DNA of 64,000 nucleotides from Kofleriaceae bacterium (GTDB lineage: Bacteria; Myxococcota_A; Polyangia; Haliangiales; Haliangiaceae): contig CBDCCZ010000010.1 in assembly GCA_965215005.1 (NCBI GenBank), positions 32,001 through 96,000 of the forward strand, read 5' to 3'. Position numbers and translations under genes: made by a program. Below are positions 33,304 through 44,913 of the stretch, one piece after another; position 1 is the first letter of the stretch; the number at the start of each line of letters is the position of its first letter. Under the pieces are notes generated by a model. It saw only the letters and a program-made list of their open reading frames with translations, was not told the DNA's origin and ran no database searches.

Positions 33304-36300
33304 CTAGACCAGCGTTCCGCTGGCCGAGAGCTTGCCCATCTCGCGGTATTCCAGCTGGATGGCGCGGCTGAGGTGATCGTGGCTGAGCGGCTTGTTCTCC
33401 TGAGCGGCCAGAAAGGCGGCGCGCAGGCAGCTATTGCGGATGTAGCCGCCGGACATCGGGTACTGCTTCGCGAGCTCGGCTAGATTGAACTTGCCAGCGG
33501 TTGGCGCTTCGGTGGGAAGATGCGCCTTCCACAGCCGCAACCGCGTCTCTTCATCCGGAAACGGGAACATCAACCGTAGCGACAGACGCCGCTTGAAAGC
33601 ATTGTCGACCGACCCTTCAAGGTTGGTCGTTAGAATGGCAATTCCCTCGAAGGTGTCGAGGCGCTGCAACAGGTAATTAACCTCCAAATTAGCGTAGCGG
33701 TCAACGCTGGATTTGACCTCGGTACGCTTGGAGAACAGCGAATCCGCCTCGTCGAAGAGAATGATGCATTGCCCCTCTTCCGCGGCGTCGAAGACCTCAG
33801 CGAGGTTCTTCTCCGTCTCGCCGATCCACTTCGACATGATGCGCGCCAAATCGATACGGTAGAGGTCGAGCCCAAGCTCGCGCGCGATGAGGCCGGCCAC
33901 CATGGACTTGCCAGTACCGGGTGGGCCGTAAAACAGCGCCGTCAGCCCGCGGGACGTGCTCATCTTGCTATCAAAGCCCCACGACTCGTAGACCGTTCGC
34001 CGGTGCTTGATTCGACCTACGAACTCGCGCAGGCTATCGAGCACGTCCTCTGGCAGCGCAACCTGCTCCCATTTTGGCAGGCGCGTGATGTGGGTTGCCA
34101 CCTTCGACATCCGGGTGTCGATGTGCTGCCGGATTGTCGCGTCGAAGAGCGCTACCGGTTCCTTCGTTTGCTCCTCCATCGGGCGCGATGTGACGCTGCG
34201 AATGACCTCTTCGATGATGCCTGGACCGATTCGATAGCGACTCGCCAGCACCTGGACGCCGGTCGTGGGAAGTCCATGGCGAGAGAGCACCTCTTGCCAA
34301 TAGTCGCTGCGCTGGCTCTCGGTCAGCGGTTCTATCTTGAACTCGTGGTAGCCCGGATCCAGCGGCAGGAAACAGTCTGCGTTGGTGCGCACGAACAGCG
34401 GCCCAGGATGCGTCCGCACCGCGAGCTGGATCTGCTGTAGGAGCTCCTTTTGGGTACTTTCGATCCGCTCGATGCCGCAGATGCACGGCACCGCTCCACG
34501 GATGACGGCGCGCCGCAGCTCCGCTACGAGCGCGTTGCCCGCTAGCCCCGGCTGTTGCGGCAGCCGCTCCGCGAGAATGACAGCCAGCGACTTGCCGGCT
34601 CGAGCTGCCACGGCTGCGAGCAGGCTACGTCGTCCGCACCCGTTGCGGCCGCGGACCACGATGCGTGCGCCCGAACCATCGGCTGGCGCTCGTGCTAACG
34701 CGAGCACGAGCTCTCGCTTGATCTTCGGATCGAGCGCCAGGTCCGGCAGGTCACGCCCGGAATACCGCAACTGAGTCACTGCCGTTGCGCCGGTACCAGA
34801 GGCCGATTGTCCTCGAAGCCGCGCAACGACCGCGGGATCGGGCTTGATAGGAGAAAACAAATACAGCTCGTCGACCGCTTCGGTAACTTGTATCAACCCG
34901 TGGCGAACGAGCGGCGCATCTTCTGTTAGCTCTGCGGCAATCGCATCTCGTCGATGCGATGAGTCATCGGTGCATAGAAGTGTCTCTATGAGATAGCGGT
35001 CGCAGAGAGGCCGCATATTATCATTTATCAAGATTCCGTACAGGCGTGCGATTGGGCCGCGGAGGAATGGCGCGACGACAGCTAGCAGAACCTCCACGGC
35101 CGTCGCAGAAAGACCGAACTCTGCGACCAGCTCGAGCATGGGAAGACACGCACCAGAGTCGCGCAACGCATTTTCCCGAGCGTTGGCGAAATCGATAGCC
35201 TCCTGCAATGAGGCTTTGGTGCTCTCACGTTGATCCTCGGCTGCTAGCACCCGATTACCGGCCAGCGCCGCAACCTCCTGCTCATGAGGATGCTGCCTGA
35301 TGTACGCCATGCTGAGGGCACCACTATCCCATGCGTCGGCGATGGCATGGCAAACCTGGGCTTTGACGACTGCGAGCAGAGCATCTAGGTGCTCGGCTGC
35401 GGAGGAAGACGCGTCGACGACGCCCGCCGCGGCGTTTGATCGCAAGAGCCGCGAACGCGGCTGCAACGCCAGCAGCGGCACGTCCGGCACGACGACGTCG
35501 ACAGGTGGCGCAGCCTCACTCGGTGGACTCTGAAGCGCCGCGGAGAGGTCCAGCGATGGCGCCGCAGCGTCCGTTGGCGGCGCCTCTTCGGGAGGGCTCG
35601 GAGCATCGGTATCTAAGTGCTCCGAGCCGGCGTCTGCGATGGCAGCAGAGTCCGAGCGACGGCTTCCGGACGCGTTATCGCCTCTACCGCCAAAATATTC
35701 TAGGTAGGATCTATGGTTGACACTCGTGCGCCCCCCCTCACCAATTCCAGCGAGGAGGAGGTAATTGCCGTCGGCGTCGAGCTGAATCGCGACAACTGGC
35801 TCAGGCGACCTGACGTCCGCGAGCAGTTTTCCAAATCTCAGATCGACAGCTATGAGTCTATAGTCGTGTGTCACCAAGACCGCTACGCCCCGCTTTACCG
35901 CGAAGGCATGAGCACGAGTCTTTGGAAATTTGAGCGTATGACGAACCGAGCCATCGATGTCCAGGACCGTGAGCGAGTCCGCATCCGAGGATTCTGCCAA
36001 CACGGCGATCGCGCGGCCAGCAAGCAACATCACCGCCGAGACCACTCCACTGCACGGCAGGGTCATCGATGCAACGTCGCTCCGACCCACGTCAAAGAGT
36101 CGCAGCTTGCGGCCTTCCACCGTGAGAAGCCGACGGCCGCCGAGGGGAACCACCAGCGTATCGGCTGTGGTTTCAGATGTCAGGTCGTGGACGTGGACCT
36201 CATCGTCCACCTGCTGGAGCAGCCAACGCCCCGTCGGCGACACCAGGGCGGCACTGAGCCCCTGGTGCACTTGCGCGGGAACGAGGCGCCCGCCTGCTTC

Positions 36301-36573
36301 CGGCAACGCTGTCGGTTCGGCGTGAGTGAGGCCCTCGAGGGTCATGCGACGCAGTTGCTGACCGTCCACGACCCACAGCGCATCGCCCACGCAGCCAAAG
36401 TCGACCAGCTCCGGGACCGGGATATCGAAGGTGGGGGCCGGACCAAGTGCATCCCGCAACGTGAGCTCGCCAGAATGACAGATCGCCACGAAGCGACCCG
36501 AATAGGATAAAGAGAATAGCCGCCGCCGAGTGTCGCCTGCGACCGCCAGGGGCGTCTTGATCACGTCGGCCAT
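33304..36573 (-). CDS. AAA+ ATPase of the Afp15/Pvc15 (eCIS-associated) type with a long N-terminal extension
   Basis: [51 protein letters not shown]; winged-helix-like segment (FGLS...LLAVVAP...[10 protein letters not shown]); degenerate first P-loop GRNGCGRRS. Confidence 0.88.
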   Translation of the reverse strand: MADVIKTPLAVAGDTRRRLFSLSYSGRFVAICHSGELTLRDALGPAPTFDIPVPELVDFGCVGDALWVVDGQQLRRMTLEGLTHAEPTALPEAGGRLVPAQVHQGLSAALVSPTGRWLLQQVDDEVHVHDLTSETTADTLVVPLGGRRLLTVEGRKLRLFDVGRSDVASMTLPCSGVVSAVMLLAGRAIAVLAESSDADSLTVLDIDGSVRHTLKFPKTRAHAFAVKRGVAVLVTHDYRLIAVDLRFGKLLADVRSPEPVVAIQLDADGNYLLLAGIGEGGRTSVNHRSYLEYFGGRGDNASGSRRSDSAAIADAGSEHLDTDAPSPPEEAPPTDAAAPSLDLSAALQSPPSEAAPPVDVVVPDVPLLALQPRSRLLRSNAAAGVVDASSSAAEHLDALLAVVKAQVCHAIADAWDSGALSMAYIRQHPHEQEVAALAGNRVLAAEDQRESTKASLQEAIDFANARENALRDSGACLPMLELVAEFGLSATAVEVLLAVVAPFLRGPIARLYGILINDNMRPLCDRYLIETLLCTDDSSHRRDAIAAELTEDAPLVRHGLIQVTEAVDELYLFSPIKPDPAVVARLRGQSASGTGATAVTQLRYSGRDLPDLALDPKIKRELVLALARAPADGSGARIVVRGRNGCGRRSLLAAVAARAGKSLAVILAERLPQQPGLAGNALVAELRRAVIRGAVPCICGIERIESTQKELLQQIQLAVRTHPGPLFVRTNADCFLPLDPGYHEFKIEPLTESQRSDYWQEVLSRHGLPTTGVQVLASRYRIGPGIIEEVIRSVTSRPMEEQTKEPVALFDATIRQHIDTRMSKVATHITRLPKWEQVALPEDVLDSLREFVGRIKHRRTVYESWGFDSKMSTSRGLTALFYGPPGTGKSMVAGLIARELGLDLYRIDLARIMSKWIGETEKNLAEVFDAAEEGQCIILFDEADSLFSKRTEVKSSVDRYANLEVNYLLQRLDTFEGIAILTTNLEGSVDNAFKRRLSLRLMFPFPDEETRLRLWKAHLPTEAPTAGKFNLAELAKQYPMSGGYIRNSCLRAAFLAAQENKPLSHDHLSRAIQLEYREMGKLSASGTLV

Positions 36574-36595
36574 GGAGCGGAGCATCGCACCCTAG

Positions 36596-37969
36596 CTACG
36601 GCACCTCAACGCCCTGTCGCGAGACCGCCGCCGTCGCCACCGAGTCCTCGGGCTGCATCAGCGGTGGAATTCGATCTTCTCCCGTCAATCGAGCGACAAT
36701 CGCGGCCACACACGAGTCGCTCCATACATTGATCGTCGTGCGAGCCATGTCGAGCAGCCGGTCCACCGCCAGAATTACCATCGCCGCATCCAGCGGCAGC
36801 CCCACGGCCTTGAGCACGATGACCATCATGACCAGCCCGGCGTGCGGAATGCCAGCGGCGCCCACCGAGGCCGCCAGCGCCGTGAACGCCACCACGACCT
36901 GCTGACCGATGCTGAGGTCACCGATGGTCTGGGCGATGAACAGCACCGCCACAGCCTCATAGAGCGCCGTTCCATCCATGTTGATCGTGGCGCCGAGCGG
37001 CAGCGTAAACGAGCTCACCCGTGTGCTTACCCCTGCCCGCTCCTCGACGCAGCGCATGGTAAGGGGCAACGTGCCATTGGACGACGCGGTCGAGAATGCC
37101 GTAAGCAGCGCCGGCGACATCGCGTGCCCATACGCGAGCGGCGAGCGACGCGCAAACAGCAGCACCAAGGTCGGCAACGTCACGAGCCCGTGGAACAACA
37201 GCGCGAGCAACACCGCGAGCATGTACATGCCGAGGTCACCCGCGATGGCGAGCCCGCCGCGCGCCGATAGCGCCAGCATTGCGCCAAAGATGCCGTAGGG
37301 CGCCAGTGAGATCACGAACGAGGTCATGCTCATCATGACCTCGAAGAACGAATGAAAGAAGCGCGCCATGCGCTCGCCGTGCTCGCCGCCGGTCTTCTTG
37401 ATGAAGACGCCAAATAGCAGCGCAAAGAAGATCACCGCCAGCACGGTGCCGTTGCTCGAAGCAGCGGCTACTACATTGTCCGGCACCATTCGCACGAGAA
37501 CGTCGGCCAACACGCCCATGCCAGAGCCGCCGGTCTCCATTGCTTCGACCGAGGGCGCTTGTCCACTGGCAGCAGCGCCGGCAACCAGATCTTCGTAGCG
37601 CAGTCCGCTGCCGGGCTCGATGATGTTGACCATCACCAGACCCGTGAAGATCGCCATCAAGCTGGTAACGATATAAATCGAAAAGGTCCAGAGCGACATC
37701 CGCCGCAGCCCTGCCATGTCGGGCACTCCAGCGACGCCGGTGACCAGCGACGAGAAGATCAGCGGCACCACCAGCATCTGCAGAAGCGCCAGGAACAGCT
37801 TGCCGATGCGTTCCCCGACCTGTGCGATGCCCCCCAGCACCTCGGCCGATACCAGCCCCTGTTGCCAGCTAATGCGCGCGAGCGCCCCCACCGCGATTCC
37901 AATCGCGATGGCGATGACAATCTGCCAATGCAGCGGAAGCCGCCCGCGGCCAAGAGATGCGTCGCTCAT
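36596..37969 (-). CDS. Dicarboxylate/amino acid:cation symporter (DAACS, GltP-like)
   Basis: AFSTASSNGTLP, LPLGATINMDGTALYE, SVGAAGIP and DRLLDMARTTINV. Confidence 0.95.
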   Translation of the reverse strand: MSDASLGRGRLPLHWQIVIAIAIGIAVGALARISWQQGLVSAEVLGGIAQVGERIGKLFLALLQMLVVPLIFSSLVTGVAGVPDMAGLRRMSLWTFSIYIVTSLMAIFTGLVMVNIIEPGSGLRYEDLVAGAAASGQAPSVEAMETGGSGMGVLADVLVRMVPDNVVAAASSNGTVLAVIFFALLFGVFIKKTGGEHGERMARFFHSFFEVMMSMTSFVISLAPYGIFGAMLALSARGGLAIAGDLGMYMLAVLLALLFHGLVTLPTLVLLFARRSPLAYGHAMSPALLTAFSTASSNGTLPLTMRCVEERAGVSTRVSSFTLPLGATINMDGTALYEAVAVLFIAQTIGDLSIGQQVVVAFTALAASVGAAGIPHAGLVMMVIVLKAVGLPLDAAMVILAVDRLLDMARTTINVWSDSCVAAIVARLTGEDRIPPLMQPEDSVATAAVSRQGVEVP

Positions 37970-37984
37970 GGGGGCGGCAGCATA

Positions 37985-40201
37985 TCAGGCTGCTCCGCCG
38001 GCTGCGCCCGTGCGCTGCCAGATCGCGACCATCGCCTCGAGCTCTGCGAGCAAGTCATCGACGCTTGGAACCATGTACGGCGCCAACGTGTTGACTCCGC
38101 CGACGCGACACAGCAGCGTCTGCGGGTGATCTGAGCGCAAGATCGCCTCGAACATCTCTTCGTCGGTTCGATCGTTTCCGCAGCAAATGACTGCGTCGGC
38201 GTCGGCGTGACGCTCGAGCAAGAGCCTTGCGGCATGGCCTTTGGACATCTGCACATGGCGGACCTCGATGACCTTATCGCCCGCCAACACCGAGTACGGC
38301 GCCGAGGACAAAACGCCTTCGAGGATCGAGCGCAGCTCCTTGGCGCGCCATGCTCCGAGCTTTGGATCAGCGCCGCGATAGTGCCAGGCGATGGAGGCCT
38401 TCTTGAGCTCCACCTTGGCACCCGGCGTGCGCTCGGTGAACTGGCGAAATAGCGGCTCGACGGTGTCGCGCAGAATGCTGCGATCGATGGGCGCCGGCTC
38501 CGCCCATGCGCCACCGCGCGGCTTGATCGACAATCCGTGCTCGCACGAGAGCCCAATTGGCAGATCACCTAGATGTTGATCGAGAAACGCGCCAGGGCGG
38601 CCGCTGATGACGTAAACGTGCCCAATGCGCGCCAAGTTGCCGATGAGCTCACGAACCCGCGCCGACGGGGTTGCCTGCGCGGGAATCAGGGTGTGCTCGA
38701 CCAACGTTCCATCGTAGTCGAGCAAGATCAACGGATGTTTGGCGCGTTCGATGAGCGCTGCAGGAGCCCCCTGATTCACCCGTAGCCGTACCACTCGCCC
38801 CCGTGCCTCCTCATACGCCTTCTCGAGCCGTTGCAAGAACCGCTTGGCCCACGCGAGCGAGGTGTTGGTATGCACGAACTCGCGCATATGGTCGAACGCA
38901 TCACTATTGGGGCCGCTATCAAGCGCCTCGGCGAGCACCTCGGCGATCTGGCCAGGATTGTATGGATTGATCACCCGCGCCCCCGATAGGCAGGCCGCAG
39001 CGCCGGCAAACTCGCTGAGAATGAGCACTCCGGCATCGGCACCGCGCGCAGCGATGTACTCGAGGCACACCATGTTCATGCCGTCGCGTACCGGCGTTAC
39101 CAGCGCCACGTCGGCAAGCTTGTAGAGCGCCGCCAGTCGCTGCCGTGGCACGTTGCGATTGATGTAGTGGATAGGTGTCGAGCTCAAGGTGCCATAGGCA
39201 CCATTGATTCGGCCGACCATCTCGTTGATCTCTCGCTGTAGGCTCTGATACTCGACGACATCTTGGCGCGACGGGGCGGCAACTTGAATGAGCACCACTT
39301 GGTCACGCAGCTCGGGTCGCTTGCACAAGAGCTCCTCGAAGGCCAACAGCTTCTGCGGCAGCCCTTTGGTGTAGTCGAGGCGATCGACCCCAAGCACCAC
39401 TTTCTTGCCCGCGTAATTCGCGACCAGCTCGTCGTATTGCTGAATCGCCTCGGGCGTGCGCGCAAACGCATGAATCTCATCGGGCTCGATGCCAATCGGC
39501 AGCACACCGAGGTGCGCGTCGTGGCTCGGCATGCGCACGTGCTCGGGCTCCGACTCCAGCCCCAAGACGCGCAGTGAGGCGCGGCGAAAGTTATCGACAT
39601 ACTCGTAGGTGTGGAAGCCGATCAGATCGGCTCCGAGCATGCCGCGCAAGATCTCCTCGCGACACGGCAACGTTCGATAATGCGCCGACGAGGGAAACGG
39701 GATGTGCAGGAAGAATCCAATCGCGCAGTCGAGCTGCCGGCGGCGCAATATCTCGGGAACCAGCATCAGCTGGTAGTCGTGCACCCAGACCGTATCGCCT
39801 GGCTCCGCGTGCTCGACGATCGCGTCTGCGAAGCGCTGGTTGACTTGCCGATATCGCTCCCAGGCATCGCGATCGAACACCTTGGGCCCCGGCAGATTAT
39901 GAAACAGCGGCCATAACACCCGATTCGATGCCTCGCCGTAGAAGCCATCGAAGTCCTCCTGCTCGAGGAAAATCGGCACGTTCGTGTGCTTCTCTGCAAG
40001 CTGCTTGCGCACCTGGTCTTGGTCCTCGGGTGGGACCTCCACCCCTGGATAGCCGATCCAAGTGAACGGTCTGCGCGCGGCAACGGCGCGCAAGGCCGTC
40101 GCCAAACCGCCAGGGCTCTGCCGAACATCCCAGCGACCGTCCTCTGAGTACACGCTTACCGGTAAACGAACCGACGCGACGATCAACTTCGCAGCTCCCA
40201 T
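37985..40201 (-). CDS. Bifunctional trehalose-6-phosphate synthase/phosphatase (OtsA-OtsB fusion)
   Basis: GT20 motifs GGLAT, WVHDYQL, FLHIPFP, DRLDYTKG and RDGMN; HAD domain LLDYDGTL. Confidence 0.95.
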   Translation of the reverse strand: MGAAKLIVASVRLPVSVYSEDGRWDVRQSPGGLATALRAVAARRPFTWIGYPGVEVPPEDQDQVRKQLAEKHTNVPIFLEQEDFDGFYGEASNRVLWPLFHNLPGPKVFDRDAWERYRQVNQRFADAIVEHAEPGDTVWVHDYQLMLVPEILRRRQLDCAIGFFLHIPFPSSAHYRTLPCREEILRGMLGADLIGFHTYEYVDNFRRASLRVLGLESEPEHVRMPSHDAHLGVLPIGIEPDEIHAFARTPEAIQQYDELVANYAGKKVVLGVDRLDYTKGLPQKLLAFEELLCKRPELRDQVVLIQVAAPSRQDVVEYQSLQREINEMVGRINGAYGTLSSTPIHYINRNVPRQRLAALYKLADVALVTPVRDGMNMVCLEYIAARGADAGVLILSEFAGAAACLSGARVINPYNPGQIAEVLAEALDSGPNSDAFDHMREFVHTNTSLAWAKRFLQRLEKAYEEARGRVVRLRVNQGAPAALIERAKHPLILLDYDGTLVEHTLIPAQATPSARVRELIGNLARIGHVYVISGRPGAFLDQHLGDLPIGLSCEHGLSIKPRGGAWAEPAPIDRSILRDTVEPLFRQFTERTPGAKVELKKASIAWHYRGADPKLGAWRAKELRSILEGVLSSAPYSVLAGDKVIEVRHVQMSKGHAARLLLERHADADAVICCGNDRTDEEMFEAILRSDHPQTLLCRVGGVNTLAPYMVPSVDDLLAELEAMVAIWQRTGAAGGAA

Positions 40202-40240
40202 GGCCGCGTATCCTATACTGATTCCTTTTCCGAGGCTGCG

Positions 40241-42010
40241 ATGGATCTGGCTCTGATTGGAAACTGCGCGTATCAAGCGCTCTTGGACACTTCTGCTCGC
40301 GTTCGCTGGCTGTGTTGGCCGCGCTTTGACTCGAGCTTCGTGTTCGGCAGCCTCGTCGATGATGACCGCGGCGGTGAGTTCTCCATCTTACCCGGCACCG
40401 ACCACGGCTATCACAGCGAGCAAGCCTACCTGCCGCTCACCAACATCGTCCGCACGCGCATCGAGAGTGGTGTGGACGCCTATGAGATCGTCGACTTCGC
40501 CCCGCGCTTCTTGCAGTACGAGCGCAGCTTCAAGCCGACCATGCTGGTGCGCCGTGTTCGCCGCCTAGCGGGCACCCCGAGCGTGCGGGTCGTCTGCCGG
40601 CCCGTCTATGACTATGGTCGACTCGAGCCGAGCTCTTACGTGGCATCCAATCATATGGATTGGCTGATACCAGGTGCACGTCTGCGGCTCACCACCAACG
40701 CGCCGCTTACCTACGTCGCCGATGGCCGAGCCTTCGCTCTCGAAGAAGATCTGTACTTCGTCCTCACCTGGGGCGAGCCGCTCGAAGCGCCGCTCATCGA
40801 GACCGCGGAAAGCTTTCTCGCGCGCACCACGCGCTATTGGCGCACCTGGGTCAAGCACGCGCGGATCCCCGAGCGCTATCAAGAAGAGGTGCTGCGCTCG
40901 GCGCTGGCGCTCAAGCTACATCAGTTCGAAGACACCGGAGCAATCACCGCCGCGGCCACCACGAGTCTGCCTGAATTTCCCCGCTCGGGACGGAACTGGG
41001 ACTATCGCTTCTGCTGGCTGCGCGACTCGTGCTTCACCCTCGGCGCTCTTCGTCGCCTCGGCCATTTCGAGGAGATGGAACGCTTCATGACGTATCTGCA
41101 CAACATCGCAGAGGCATCTCCCAACCATTTGCAGCCGGTGTACGGCATTAGCGGCGAGGCGACCCTCACCGAGATCGAGCTCGAGCACCTCGCGGGCTAC
41201 GACGGTGACGGTCCGGTGCGCGCCGGCAACGCCGCCTTCGCGCAGGTCCAGCACGACGTTTACGGCGAGATGATTGCGGCAATCTATCCGTTGTTCACAG
41301 ATATTCGCTTTGGCAGCTCGACCGGTGAGCGCTCGACGGCGCTCATGCATTCGCTCCTAGACAGCGTGGAACGCACTCTCGAGGCGCCCGATGCCGGCCT
41401 ATGGGAAAAACGCGCGGATCCCAAGCTACACACGTTCACGCTCCTCATGCATTGGGTCGGTGCCGGCGCCGCAGAACGGGTTGGACGCTACTTGAATGAT
41501 GGCGCATTGGCGCGGCAGGCGGCTGGTCTCGCCACGCGCGCCTCTGTCATGATCGAAGAGCAAACCTGGCGTCAAGATCTTGGCTATTACGCCGACTCAC
41601 CAACCTCCTCCGATGCCGATGCCTCACTGCTGATGCTCGTCAACCTCGGTTTTCTGTCCCCCGACCACCCGCGCGCCGCGACCCACGTGAAGAGCCTGGC
41701 GCGCATGCTCGGCCCGGCGGAGCATCTCTTGCATCGTTACGTTCACGATGATGGCATTGGCGAGACCCACGCCACCTTTACGGTGTGCGGGTTCTGGTAT
41801 GCAGAGGCGCTCGCGCGCCTTGGCCACATGGACGACGCCGAGAGGGTCTTCGCGGCGCTACTCGGCCACGCCAATCATGTCGGTCTGTTTAGCGAAGACA
41901 TCGATCCGGCCACCGGCGCGCAATGGGGCAACTTCCCGCAGACCTACTCGCACGTTGGTCTCATCAATTCCGCCTTCTTGCTCGCCCCGCCCAAAGGGCC
42001 CGTCTTATAA
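40241..42010 (+). CDS. Glycoside hydrolase family 15 (trehalase/glucoamylase-like)
   Basis: TTSLPE..RNWDYRFCWLRD, DAGLWE, GLFSED and GNFPQTYSHVGLIN. Confidence 0.95.
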   Translation: MDLALIGNCAYQALLDTSARVRWLCWPRFDSSFVFGSLVDDDRGGEFSILPGTDHGYHSEQAYLPLTNIVRTRIESGVDAYEIVDFAPRFLQYERSFKPTMLVRRVRRLAGTPSVRVVCRPVYDYGRLEPSSYVASNHMDWLIPGARLRLTTNAPLTYVADGRAFALEEDLYFVLTWGEPLEAPLIETAESFLARTTRYWRTWVKHARIPERYQEEVLRSALALKLHQFEDTGAITAAATTSLPEFPRSGRNWDYRFCWLRDSCFTLGALRRLGHFEEMERFMTYLHNIAEASPNHLQPVYGISGEATLTEIELEHLAGYDGDGPVRAGNAAFAQVQHDVYGEMIAAIYPLFTDIRFGSSTGERSTALMHSLLDSVERTLEAPDAGLWEKRADPKLHTFTLLMHWVGAGAAERVGRYLNDGALARQAAGLATRASVMIEEQTWRQDLGYYADSPTSSDADASLLMLVNLGFLSPDHPRAATHVKSLARMLGPAEHLLHRYVHDDGIGETHATFTVCGFWYAEALARLGHMDDAERVFAALLGHANHVGLFSEDIDPATGAQWGNFPQTYSHVGLINSAFLLAPPKGPVL

Positions 42011-43372
42011 CAGCAACGCTGCGAGCATCGTCACCACGCCGACGCCGATGAGATTGAGCAAAATCCCTTCGCGCGCCATCACCGCGGTGGTCACCCCCGG
42101 TGTCGCCGAAACAATGGCATTGGGGGCAGTCGCTACTGGCAACATGAAGGCGCAGCTCGCGCTGAGTGTCGCCGGCACCATGAGCTGCGTTGGCTCGAGC
42201 CCCGCCGCCATCGCGGCGGCGTAGAGAATCGGCAGGAGCAGACTTGCAGTCGCGGTGTTGCTGGTCACCTCGGTCATGAAGGTGACCGCCAAGCAAATGA
42301 TGAGAGTGACGAGGATGAGCGGCCAATGTGCAATCGAGCCGAGCGCGGCCCCCAACGCCGCTGACAGCCCCGATGCGGCAAAACCAGCCGAGAGCGCAAT
42401 GCCGCCGCCAAACAAGAGCAATAGCCCCCAGGGGATCACTTGCGCCCGTTCCCACGTCAGCAACTTGCTGCCGCGACCGTCTGGGATGATGAACAGCAGC
42501 ACCACCGCGGCCAGTGCGACGGTGGCGTCGGAAGCGCCGGGGGCGCCCACGAGCCCGCTCCAACCGCCAAGGGGCTCCGTGCGGAAGATCCACGCCAGCG
42601 CAGTGGCACCAAACACCAGCGCGATGCGTCGCTCCCCCGGCGTCCACGGTCCCGGCCGCGGAACCGCGGGCGCTGGAGTCAACGGCAGCCGGCGGGTGAG
42701 CAAGAGCCACGCGCACGGCAGCATCAGCACCACCGCTGGCACTCCGATGCTCATCCAGTCGAGAAACGACACCTCCACGCCCGTGCGCTGCTCATACACC
42801 GCGAGGAACAGTAGATTCGGCGGCGTGCCGATCGGCGTGCCCAAGCCGCCGATCGAGGCGCCATAGGCGATGCCAAGCAGCAGCGGCACCTTCGTGGCCT
42901 GTGCGTCCTCCGATTCGAGCACCGCCAACGCCACCGGTAACAACATCAGCACAGTGGCGGTATTGGAGATCCACATGCTGCACAGCGCGCTCGCGAGCAT
43001 GAATCCAAGAACCAGACGGCGGCCGCCGCCACCGGCGAGCCGGACCATGAACAACGCGATGCGGCGGTGAAGTCCGCTGCTCTCCACGGCAGTCGAAAGC
43101 AGAAAGCCGCCGAGCAGGAGCAGGATGATGGTGTGACCATAGGAGACAGCCACTTGCTCGTGATCGAGCACCCCCACCAGCGGAAACACGGCAAACGGCA
43201 CCAGCGAGGTCGCAGGAACCGGAAGCGGCTCGAGCACCCACCACGTCGCACAGAGACCCGCGACTGCCGCGGTCCAGGCGGCAGCGTGCGGAAGCCCTGC
43301 GAGGAGCGCGAGTGTCCCGCAGCCGATGGCGAGCAGCGGGCCAAGGGCCAAGGCGGTGACGCGGGAAGCCAT
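42005..43372 (-). CDS. SLC13/DASS family permease
   Basis: SMWISNTAT, GTPIGTPPN, TEVTSNTAT and FMLPVATAPNAI; start 43372 or 43381. Confidence 0.93.
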   Translation of the reverse strand: MASRVTALALGPLLAIGCGTLALLAGLPHAAAWTAAVAGLCATWWVLEPLPVPATSLVPFAVFPLVGVLDHEQVAVSYGHTIILLLLGGFLLSTAVESSGLHRRIALFMVRLAGGGGRRLVLGFMLASALCSMWISNTATVLMLLPVALAVLESEDAQATKVPLLLGIAYGASIGGLGTPIGTPPNLLFLAVYEQRTGVEVSFLDWMSIGVPAVVLMLPCAWLLLTRRLPLTPAPAVPRPGPWTPGERRIALVFGATALAWIFRTEPLGGWSGLVGAPGASDATVALAAVVLLFIIPDGRGSKLLTWERAQVIPWGLLLLFGGGIALSAGFAASGLSAALGAALGSIAHWPLILVTLIICLAVTFMTEVTSNTATASLLLPILYAAAMAAGLEPTQLMVPATLSASCAFMLPVATAPNAIVSATPGVTTAVMAREGILLNLIGVGVVTMLAALLL

Positions 43373-43523
43373 GAATGCCATGGTAGCCACGGTCGCCAGA
43401 TTCGTCTCGGGTGCTAGCTTGTCGGCGAAATTGGAAGTACTACCAGTGCAACAGACGTGGGCCACAGCACTCCTCTACGGGCGTAACCAGTTCCACCCGA
43501 GTCGCGTATACAATCCATGAGCA

Positions 43524-44096
43524 ATGGCCGACGACGACCGCGAGCTCATGCAGAGGTACTGCGCAGGCGATGCGCAGGCCTTCCGCGCGTTGTATGCGCG
43601 GGTGGCACCGCGACTGCGCGGCTATCTCTTGCGCATGACTCGCGAGCCAGCGCTCGCGGATGACCTGCTACAGATGACGTTTCTCAAGCTACATCGGGTG
43701 CGTTCTGCTTACGTGCAAAGTGCCGATCCGCTCCCTTGGCTCTACGCCATCGCGCATCGCACCTTTCTAGACGAGGTGCGCAAGCGCAAGCGCGCCAAGG
43801 TGAGGCTTTCGGCTGACGGTGAGTCGGTGCCGGCGGGCCGCGCCCATATCACCGGCATCGATGAAGACCACGTCGTCGAGGGCGTGGATCCCGAGCTCGC
43901 GCAGCAGGCACTGGCGGCGCTCGAGCGGCTACCGGAAAGCCAGCGTCAAGCAGTGGTATTGGTCAAGCTAGACGGTCACAGCATTCAAGAAGCCGCGGCG
44001 ATCGCGGGTACCACGGCCGGCGCGATGAAAGTGCGAGCGCACCGCGGCTATACCGCCCTGCGCAAGGTGCTCGGTGGCAAAGGAGCCGACTCGTGA
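43524..44096 (+). CDS. ECF RNA polymerase sigma factor
   Basis: [28 protein letters not shown] and MKVRAHRG. Confidence 0.92.
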   Translation: MADDDRELMQRYCAGDAQAFRALYARVAPRLRGYLLRMTREPALADDLLQMTFLKLHRVRSAYVQSADPLPWLYAIAHRTFLDEVRKRKRAKVRLSADGESVPAGRAHITGIDEDHVVEGVDPELAQQALAALERLPESQRQAVVLVKLDGHSIQEAAAIAGTTAGAMKVRAHRGYTALRKVLGGKGADS

Positions 44097-44797
44097 AGTC
44101 CGACGGCTGGGACAAGACCCTTCGCGCCCTCGGGCAACACAGCGCCCCCGCCCTGGCGCCCGAGCTCGAAGCGGAGCTTGCTGCGCTCCAGCCGGTGCGG
44201 CTACGCCGGCCGCGGCGCGAGTGGACGATCGCATTGGTCGCGAGCTTGGCGTGGGTCGCAGCGCTCGTTGGTGGCTTTGGTCTTCGCGGCGATCTTCCGG
44301 CCTTACCCGAGACCTGGCTGCTGGCGCACGGAGCGATCTGGTTGCTGGGCTTTGCGACGCTGGCGTGGCTGGCGCTGGTGCCGCGCAGCGGCGCGGTCAT
44401 GCCGAGGGCGCGCGTCGCCGGCATGTGCGCCGCCGGCGCAGTCGTTCTCTACGTTGCGGTTGGATTGCTGTTCGCGGGCGCCTCTCCCGCGAGCTTCTCG
44501 CCACCAAACACGCTCGAGTCGCTGCTTCACTTCGGGCTCGGCTGCTTGACCATGGGCACCTTCACTGCGGTCTTGCCGATCGTGGTCCTATCGTTACTCC
44601 TGCGCGGCCGCGTGCCGCTGTCATCGCGATGGGCCGCCGCCGCCGTCGGAGCCGCAGGCGGGTGCGTCGGCGGGCTGTTCTTGCACCTTCGCTGTCCGGT
44701 CGCGACCGCGTTGCACCTGGGTGTGGCGCACGCCGGCGTGGTCCTCCTGAGTGCGCTGCTCGCGGCAACGCTGGCCGCACCACGACTGCGACCATGA
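44093..44797 (+). CDS. NrsF/DUF1109-like membrane anti-sigma factor
   Basis: GTGA overlap with the sigma gene; about 6 TM helices; LHLRCP...H...H motif. Confidence 0.8.
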   Translation: MKSDGWDKTLRALGQHSAPALAPELEAELAALQPVRLRRPRREWTIALVASLAWVAALVGGFGLRGDLPALPETWLLAHGAIWLLGFATLAWLALVPRSGAVMPRARVAGMCAAGAVVLYVAVGLLFAGASPASFSPPNTLESLLHFGLGCLTMGTFTAVLPIVVLSLLLRGRVPLSSRWAAAAVGAAGGCVGGLFLHLRCPVATALHLGVAHAGVVLLSALLAATLAAPRLRP

Positions 44798-44913
44798 GCC
44801 TGCATTGCCAGCTGCCAAGATGGAGGAACGCGCGTGCCGGCAGGAGCTCTTGTTGCCTACAAGAGCCAGCGTTCTGGCTCTGGCGCGGGTTCTACGTTAG
44901 CCTTCCGCTCTAG

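Noticed and set aside
44794..44913. In-frame upstream ORF ending in TAG directly before the atypical kinase (possible readthrough)
   Set aside because: The 39-aa peptide does not look protein-like and I see no recoding signal; probably chance.
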